This document shows, in pieces, positions 26,774 through 32,000 of a stretch of 32,000 bases of DNA. The position numbers and the translations under genes are program-made. The notes beneath the pieces were generated by a model, which saw nothing but the letters and a program-made list of their open reading frames with translations, ran no database searches and was not told the origin of the DNA. Each line of letters starts with the position of its first letter. The first letter of the stretch is position 1. The stretch is from Candidatus Brocadia sp. GTDB taxonomy: Bacteria > Planctomycetota > Brocadiia > Brocadiales > Brocadiaceae. The DNA is taken from positions 3,480,001 through 3,512,000 of the forward strand of contig CP091279.1 in the NCBI GenBank assembly GCA_021650915.1, written 5' to 3'.

Positions 26774-28622
26774 TGTTTGAACGGAAACCCCCCAGAGCCC
26801 TGTAAAGTAAGGAGAAGCTGGTGAAAAATGTTCATGAAAGTCATTGAATTTTTTCGGGTAAAAGGGTAAAATATGGCGAAAATGAAGGGATTCTGGGTAT
26901 AAAGAGTCCAAATATTCGGTTCATTAACCCACTAGCCAAAGGACATTCGATAGAAGATGAGAAAGAGATTTGAGCAGCAATTGAAGCTTGGCATCATACC
27001 CATTTCAGGGGTAAAACTGCCAATAAAGAGTCGAGATGAGCTACCACCGATACTGAGGGCGTTGCAACATATCTATGTTACACCGGAGTTGAACGAGGAG
27101 GTATTCCGGATATTAGAGGCGAAGGTAACGAAGGGGAAGAAAAAGACGGGAAGATATGGGATGGATTTATGGCATATTTTGGTGTTGTCGGTGGTAAGAT
27201 TAGGGTTAGATGCCGATTATGACAGGTTGGAGGATTTTGCCAACCATCACAAACTTATCAGGCAGATAATGGGGGTTGAGACGGCATTTGGAGAGGCGAA
27301 GGTTTTTTCGATGCAGAGCATCAAGGACAATATAAGATTGTTGGATGAGGAGACCCTCAGGCAGATAAATGAAGTGGTGATATCATCGGGGCATCAGTTG
27401 GTTAAAAAAAAGGACGAAGGACTGTGTATTAAGGTGGATACGTATGTGTTAGAGACGAATGTACACTTTCCGACCGATATGAATTTATTGTGGGATGCGG
27501 GACGCAAGAGTCTGGACATGATAGAGGATGCAATAGAGGAAGGCATCCTGGCGGGGAAAGGATGGCGCAAGAGCAAATATTGGAGGAGAGAGTTAAAAAA
27601 GCTGATGAGGATAAGCGCAAAGGCGTCAAGCAGCGGGGGGGAAAAACAAGGAAGAGCATGTGAGGAGTTACTTGGAATTATCGAGGGGTTTGAGTGAAAA
27701 GATAGGAGCGAGTCTGTTAGCCATCTACGAAAAGGTGCTAACGACGAACCAGGTAGACAAGCATGCAGGGAAAATAGGGACACTGGAGTATTTTCACGGG
27801 ATGTTGAATAAACAGATAGACCTGGTGGAGAGAAGGGTGATCCGGGATGAGGTAATACCGGCGGCAGAAAAGGTTCATTCGTTGTTTGAGCCGCATACGG
27901 AGTGGCTGTACAAAGGCAAGTCAAACAAAAGGGTAGAGTTGGGACATAATATTCTGGTAGCAAGCGATCAGTGGGGTTTCATCGTGGACCATGTGGTAGG
28001 AGAAAAACAGGCGGATGTATCGTTGGTAATTCCATTGGCAGATAGGTTGTTGAGCCGTTACGGAGAAGGCACAATAAAGAGTATAAGTTTTGATAAAGGT
28101 TTTTACAAGAAAGAGAATAAAGAGTTGCTGAGTTTGTATATACCAGAGGTAATCCTTCCCAAGAAGGGCAAGAAGAATAAGGCGGAACAGGAAGAGGAAT
28201 CGGGTAAGACATTTAAGAAGCTAAGGCACAAGCACTCGGCGGTAGAATCGGATATCAATCGTTTGGAGCATCACGGCTTGGATAGGTGTCCGGACAAAGG
28301 GCTGCATGCCTTTAAAAGATATTGTGCAATGGGCGTGTTAGCTGCGAATTTGCACAAGCTGGGAAACGTGCTGCAGGAGAAGGCACGGAAGCAGTGCGAA
28401 AAGTTGCGAAAAGCCGCCTAAGCAAGCAAAAAACACGAAGAAAAACAGTCTGCCGGGAGGCAGGTACGCCCAGACAAGGCTAAAATAAAGGGGAAAACAA
28501 GGGAAATATGTAAAAGAACAGTATTTTTGCCAAAAACCCTAATCTCAAATCTTAAAATTATCTATTGGTAAATAGAAAATCGACCTCGCACTTTTACAAA
28601 AAGTGCGTTTTCGTTCAGACAC
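26773..28622 (+). mobile_element. nested IS (IS5/ISNCY-like DDE element)
   Basis: TIRs are GTGTTTGAACGGAAAC and GTGTCTGAACGAAAAC (14/16). It is flanked by the direct repeat TAGTTA (26767-26772 and 28623-28628). Removing it restores the IS66 transposase frame. Confidence 0.8.
26957..28421 (+). pseudogene. DDE transposase (IS5/ISNCY-like) split by a +1 frame break at a G7A5 run
   Basis: ORF A is 26957-27697 (VDTYVLETNVHFPTDMNLLWD). ORF B is 27660-28421 (FDKGFY..., SAVESDINRLEHHGLDRC). ORF B's frame is open back to the G-run at 27635-27641. Confidence 0.8.
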
Positions 28623-28626
28623 TAGT

Positions 28627-28719
28627 TATCTCTCGACTTGTCGAAAACAAGGGGTAAATTTAAGTCAGGCATTACGGATGGTATTTCGCGGCAAATTGCC
28701 TGATTTTGCCAGCTCGTAA
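28627..28719 (+). pseudogene. displaced 3' end of the IS66-family transposase
   Basis: It reads YLSTCRKQGVNLSQALRMVFRGKLPDFASS*, in frame with ...FCLIRS at 26770. Confidence 0.8.
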
Positions 28720-28751
28720 CGATAGGGGGCGATATTACGCTGAATAGTTAC

Positions 28752-28880
28752 CGCTTCACTCGCAATGACAACGTGCAGTGTACCATCAAAGTGCATGGTC
28801 GCTGTCATTGCGAGGGGCCTTTTCCGAAGCAATCTCCCCGCTTTCATAAAGGAAATTTGGTTGCGGCTGTGCTGCGCTAG
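28752..28880. repeat. right half of the second copy of the ~220-bp repeat
   Basis: It aligns with 6683-6800 and includes the CTCGCAATGACA...TGTCATTGCGAG stem. Confidence 0.75.
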
Positions 28881-28909
28881 GAAATTCGTCGCTCATTCCT
28901 GATTGCAGC

Positions 28910-29072
28910 TTACCTGAAGCTCTTATTTCCATCAACATTTAATGATAAATACATCTCATGCCATTCGAAGCCCCCATGCCTCGACTTTGATTTTCCACCA
29001 TAGGAAAAACCATACTTTTGATAATAAGGAATTAAGTCAGACTTGCAAATGAGAAGAATTTTCTCCTTTTTT
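28910..29072 (-). pseudogene. GNAT acetyltransferase, 3' fragment
   Basis: The reverse-complement reads (K)KEKILLICKSDLIPYYQKYGFSYGGKSKSRHGGFEWHEMYLSLNVDGNKSFR*. This is the expected GNAT C-terminus and continues the frame of 30930-31273. Confidence 0.75.
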
Positions 29073-30925
29073 ACGGATGTTCACCTCAAGGCAAAAAACA
29101 AAAAGGCTGCGAAAGCCTTAATTTTACTGGCTTATTTGTTGCCTGGTAAGTTTTTTTCTCGTGACTACCCGTAGGTTCCGGCTTGGCAATGCCTCCGGCA
29201 GCTTTACCTGCAATGCCTCTAACAATTCACGTGATTGTTGCCGTGGACGTGGTATCTTCTGGCAATGCGCCTTTTGACCCTTCACCTTCACTTCCACGGA
29301 ACAAATGGTAGTCAATTGTTTGAGTCCTTCCTCTACCGTCAGATCAAAACTCTTCCACGCATCACGTAACCTTCGGATTATCAGGTACGCAAGCATTACC
29401 ACAAACACATGCCCTTTTGTACTCTCTTCTTTCCTCACGTATACAGGACGAACCTCAAGATTCACCGTCTTGCACCCCCGAAACACCTTCTCCACCTCTG
29501 ACAAGTCCTTGTACCGGTCGTGCACCAGATCGGCATCCGCATCGCCCTCCTTCAGATCGGTCTTGATTACATAACATCCATCAAGATACGATTCTTCCTT
29601 GAATGCTTCTTCATTGTTCTCAATCTTCAGCGCCCCGGCCTCGTCTTTTATCTGCACCCACCCCTCAAGCTTCAGCTTCCCGAGCTTCTCCTTCGCTGCC
29701 CCCAGCGCCTTCAATACCGATGCCTTCGGATGTTCTCTCAAATAACCATTCCTCTTCTCGACATATCTCTCCATACTCTGTAATTTTGACATGCGAGTCT
29801 TCGCCATCTCTTCTGCCCTTATCGGATTGCGTCTCAGAATATACCGAACCCCCTCACTCTTTATCTCGCAGAGCTTTTCTTCAAACAACCCTAACTGCAG
29901 AATCCCTTGTTTTATCAACGACTCGATCTGCGGCTTGGTTATCGCCGTTATGTAATGAAACCCCTCCGGTAAACATTCGATTTGCATCGTCTTGATCATC
30001 CCCCGATCACCTACCATGGTCACCCCGGTGCACCCAAACCGTTCTGCCGTCTTCTTTACCTGAGACTCAAAGGTCTTTGGGTCCTGAGTATTGCCCCGAA
30101 AAACCTCCGTGGACACCGGCTCCCCAAATTCATCACACAGCATACCAATCACGATCTGCTTCTTCCCCTTCTTGCCGTCACGATTATACCCGTACTCACC
30201 AAAACGATTCTGCTCCCCTCCAGATAACTGCTCGTCACGTCATACAGAAACAGCTTCGGCTTCTTGCCTGCCCGTCTTGCCTCAAACAACGTTCGCTCTA
30301 TCCTCGCCTGTTGCTCCGATAACCACGATAAATTATCGTAGAGATCATTCTCGTCGAACCCCCGCTTCATACCCAGCACATCACCCGCTGCATGCACATG
30401 CGCCAGCCGCACCGCCGAGAGTCTTGACCCCTGATTTATCACCCGCGCCATTACCTGCCACAGCGCCAGTCTCCCTTGAAAATCCTTCCCCAACGCCTCC
30501 TCTATCCCTAATTCCTTTGCCACCTGGTACACACTCCAGATCGCCCCCACGGACATCCCCTCCTGGAGTTCCACCGATCCTGACAATGCCCCCAATGCAG
30601 TGAGATCCTCTTTATGGCTGAGGGCAAGCTTTATCGCTTCTATCTCCCGCGATGTGCAGTTCGACAGATTTGCAATGGTACGCTTCCTGACCTTTCCGCC
30701 TTCCCGATACGATTCCCGCAAAAGAATGGAGCGATAGATTTTTTTGCCGGATTTTGATTTGTTTTCCACAATATGCATGTCTACTATAATATACTATATT
30801 ATTCAACATTTCAAGCACATTATTGAATAATAACAATATATTAGTGACTACATAATTGCAGACAAAACCACACTAACTACCAATATATTAAATACTTACG
30901 TGGTTTGCTTGGGGTGAACATCCGT
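29073..30925 (-). mobile_element. IS1634-family element inserted in the GNAT gene
   Basis: A 13-bp perfect TIR ACGGATGTTCACC lies at 29073-29085 and inverted at 30913-30925, extending imperfectly. It is flanked by TTTT at 29069-29072 and 30926-30929. Confidence 0.8.
29124..30778 (-). pseudogene. IS1634-family transposase with a frameshift
   Basis: The N-terminal ORF is 30149-30778 (MHIVENKSKSGKKIYRSILLRESYREGGKVRKRTIANLS...LYDVTSSYLEG). The C-terminal ORF is 29124-30152, whose frame reads back as GEQNRFGEYGYNRDGKKGKKQIVIGMLCDE. The break is at the C4 run 30215-30218. Confidence 0.85.
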
Positions 30926-31273
30926 TTTTAACTCCTTTGATATGTCAACAAACTTTGTCAGGAGCTTCTTTGAAACCCCCATCCCCTGGAATTCTGGCAA
31001 GACCGCCAAAGAAAAGATAACGATATTTTTCCCGTCTCTCACATGACCAACCATGTCCTTGAATGCCTCATCCGTTATATCCTCTTTGTTTGTCGATCCG
31101 CTGTTAATCATCCCAACGATTTGCCCGTGCGATTCAGCAACGAGAAATCCCTCAGGAAACATCTGTATGCGCTTCTGAATCTTTTCCCTCGTTGCCGCAT
31201 CAGACGTATAACAAACAGACTCGATGACATAACAGGCATCTGAATCGTGTTCCGTAACGCGTCGAATTCTCAT
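30926..31273 (-). pseudogene. GNAT acetyltransferase, 5' fragment
   Basis: MRIRRVTEHDSDACYVIESV...IFSLAVLPEFQGMGVSKKLLTKFVDISKELK includes the acetyl-CoA motif Q/RxxGxG/A. The reading frame then runs into the IS TIR (TDVHPKQTT*). Confidence 0.75.
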
Positions 31274-31442
31274 AGCAGTGCGACCACAAAAACACCTTGT
31301 ATCGAAAAAATCCCCCCTGAATACCTTAACCAGGATAAATCGGAAGGACAAAATCTGAAGCACGAATACGTGAGACAACCCTGTCAGGGTTACTTTTACT
31401 GCACGGGGATATTAAATCCTGCAATGGCTTCACTTCTTGTAT

Positions 31443-32000
31443 TTACTTAATGACTACCGGCACCGGTGCGTTTCTGTTTGAGGCAGAACCGTCTCCCAGT
31501 TGGCCGTTCTTGTTTAATCCCCATGCCCACACCGTGCCATCAGATCTCAGGGCAAGGCTGTGTTGTCCGCCGCAGGAAACAGAAGTAACATGATCAAGGT
31601 TTTTTACGAGCGTGGGGAGCCCTCTACCCATGTTCGTTGCATCACCCAATTGACCCAAATTATTGCTGCCCCACGCCCAGACGGTTCCATCCGACTTCAG
31701 AGCAAGGGTATGATCTCCACCTCCGTCAGTTGCAATGACATTTTTCAGTCCTTCCACCGGACATGGGGTGCTCCTGCTGTCAGCCGTAGCGTCTCCCAAC
31801 TGACCATACTGGTTAAATCCCCACGTCAGAACAACGCCGTTATTCTTCAGGGCAATGCTGTGATCTCCTCCGCAATTGATACCAATAATGCCTTCAAGTC
31901 CTCTGAGTGAAACAGGGATTACCCGGTCAGCGGTGGAAGCGTCTCCCACCTGACCGTATTGGTTCGATCCCCAGGCCAAAACCGAACCGTCTGCCTTACG
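31443..32000 (-). CDS. RCC1-repeat (beta-propeller) protein; 5' end beyond the window
   Basis: WGxNxxGQLGD repeats occur about every 50 aa. The frame stays open upstream of the track's TTG start, through to position 32000 (RKADGSVLAWGSNQYGQVGD). Confidence 0.8.
   Translation of the reverse strand, partial: RKADGSVLAWGSNQYGQVGDASTADRVIPVSLRGLEGIIGINCGGDHSIALKNNGVVLTWGFNQYGQLGDATADSRSTPCPVEGLKNVIATDGGGDHTLALKSDGTVWAWGSNNLGQLGDATNMGRGLPTLVKNLDHVTSVSCGGQHSLALRSDGTVWAWGLNKNGQLGDGSASNRNAPVPVVIK

Larger units (their letters stand above)
25177..28751 (+). mobile_element. IS66-family element (single-ORF type) carrying a nested IS
   Basis: Perfect 14-bp TIR: GTAACTATTCAGCG (25177-25190) and CGCTGAATAGTTAC (28738-28751). 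An 8-bp direct repeat CGCTTCAC flanks it at 25169-25176 and 28752-28759. Confidence 0.85.

Overview
This looks like a bacterial chromosomal segment. I cannot assign a taxon from the sequence alone. Most genes are minus-strand housekeeping genes: asd, an RNase HII-like gene, yggS, a GH15 glucoamylase-pgl-zwf cluster, a crotonase with a FadH-like reductase, an SPL-type radical SAM gene, and a 930-aa DUF362-type protein. Between them is an unusually high density of mobile and repetitive DNA.

The most notable locus is an apparently recently inactivated type II CRISPR effector. About 540 codons of cas9 (RuvC-I, Arg-rich bridge helix, RuvC-II) still read in one frame. They are interrupted by a 109-bp MITE and then cut off by an IS. 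HNH, RuvC-III and PI domains, cas1, cas2 and any CRISPR array are absent from the window. Directly upstream, divergent from cas9, sits a compact and apparently intact tracrRNA-like unit: a sigma70-like promoter, a 37-nt GTTGTA...TACAAT repeat-like segment, a hairpin, and a strong intrinsic terminator.

Other content:
- A PIN/antitoxin pair at the left edge.
- A three-layer nested insertion: an IS5/ISNCY-like IS inside an IS66-family IS inside a ~220-bp dispersed repeat, whose intact copy lies at 6.6 kb.
- An IS1634-family element splitting a GNAT gene.
- A 134-bp MITE-like element.
- A REP-like hairpin family.

I could not demonstrate an intact, clearly novel multi-gene system. The best leads are the cas9/tracrRNA remnant and the uncharacterised 930-aa gene with its ~1-kb ORF-free upstream tract.
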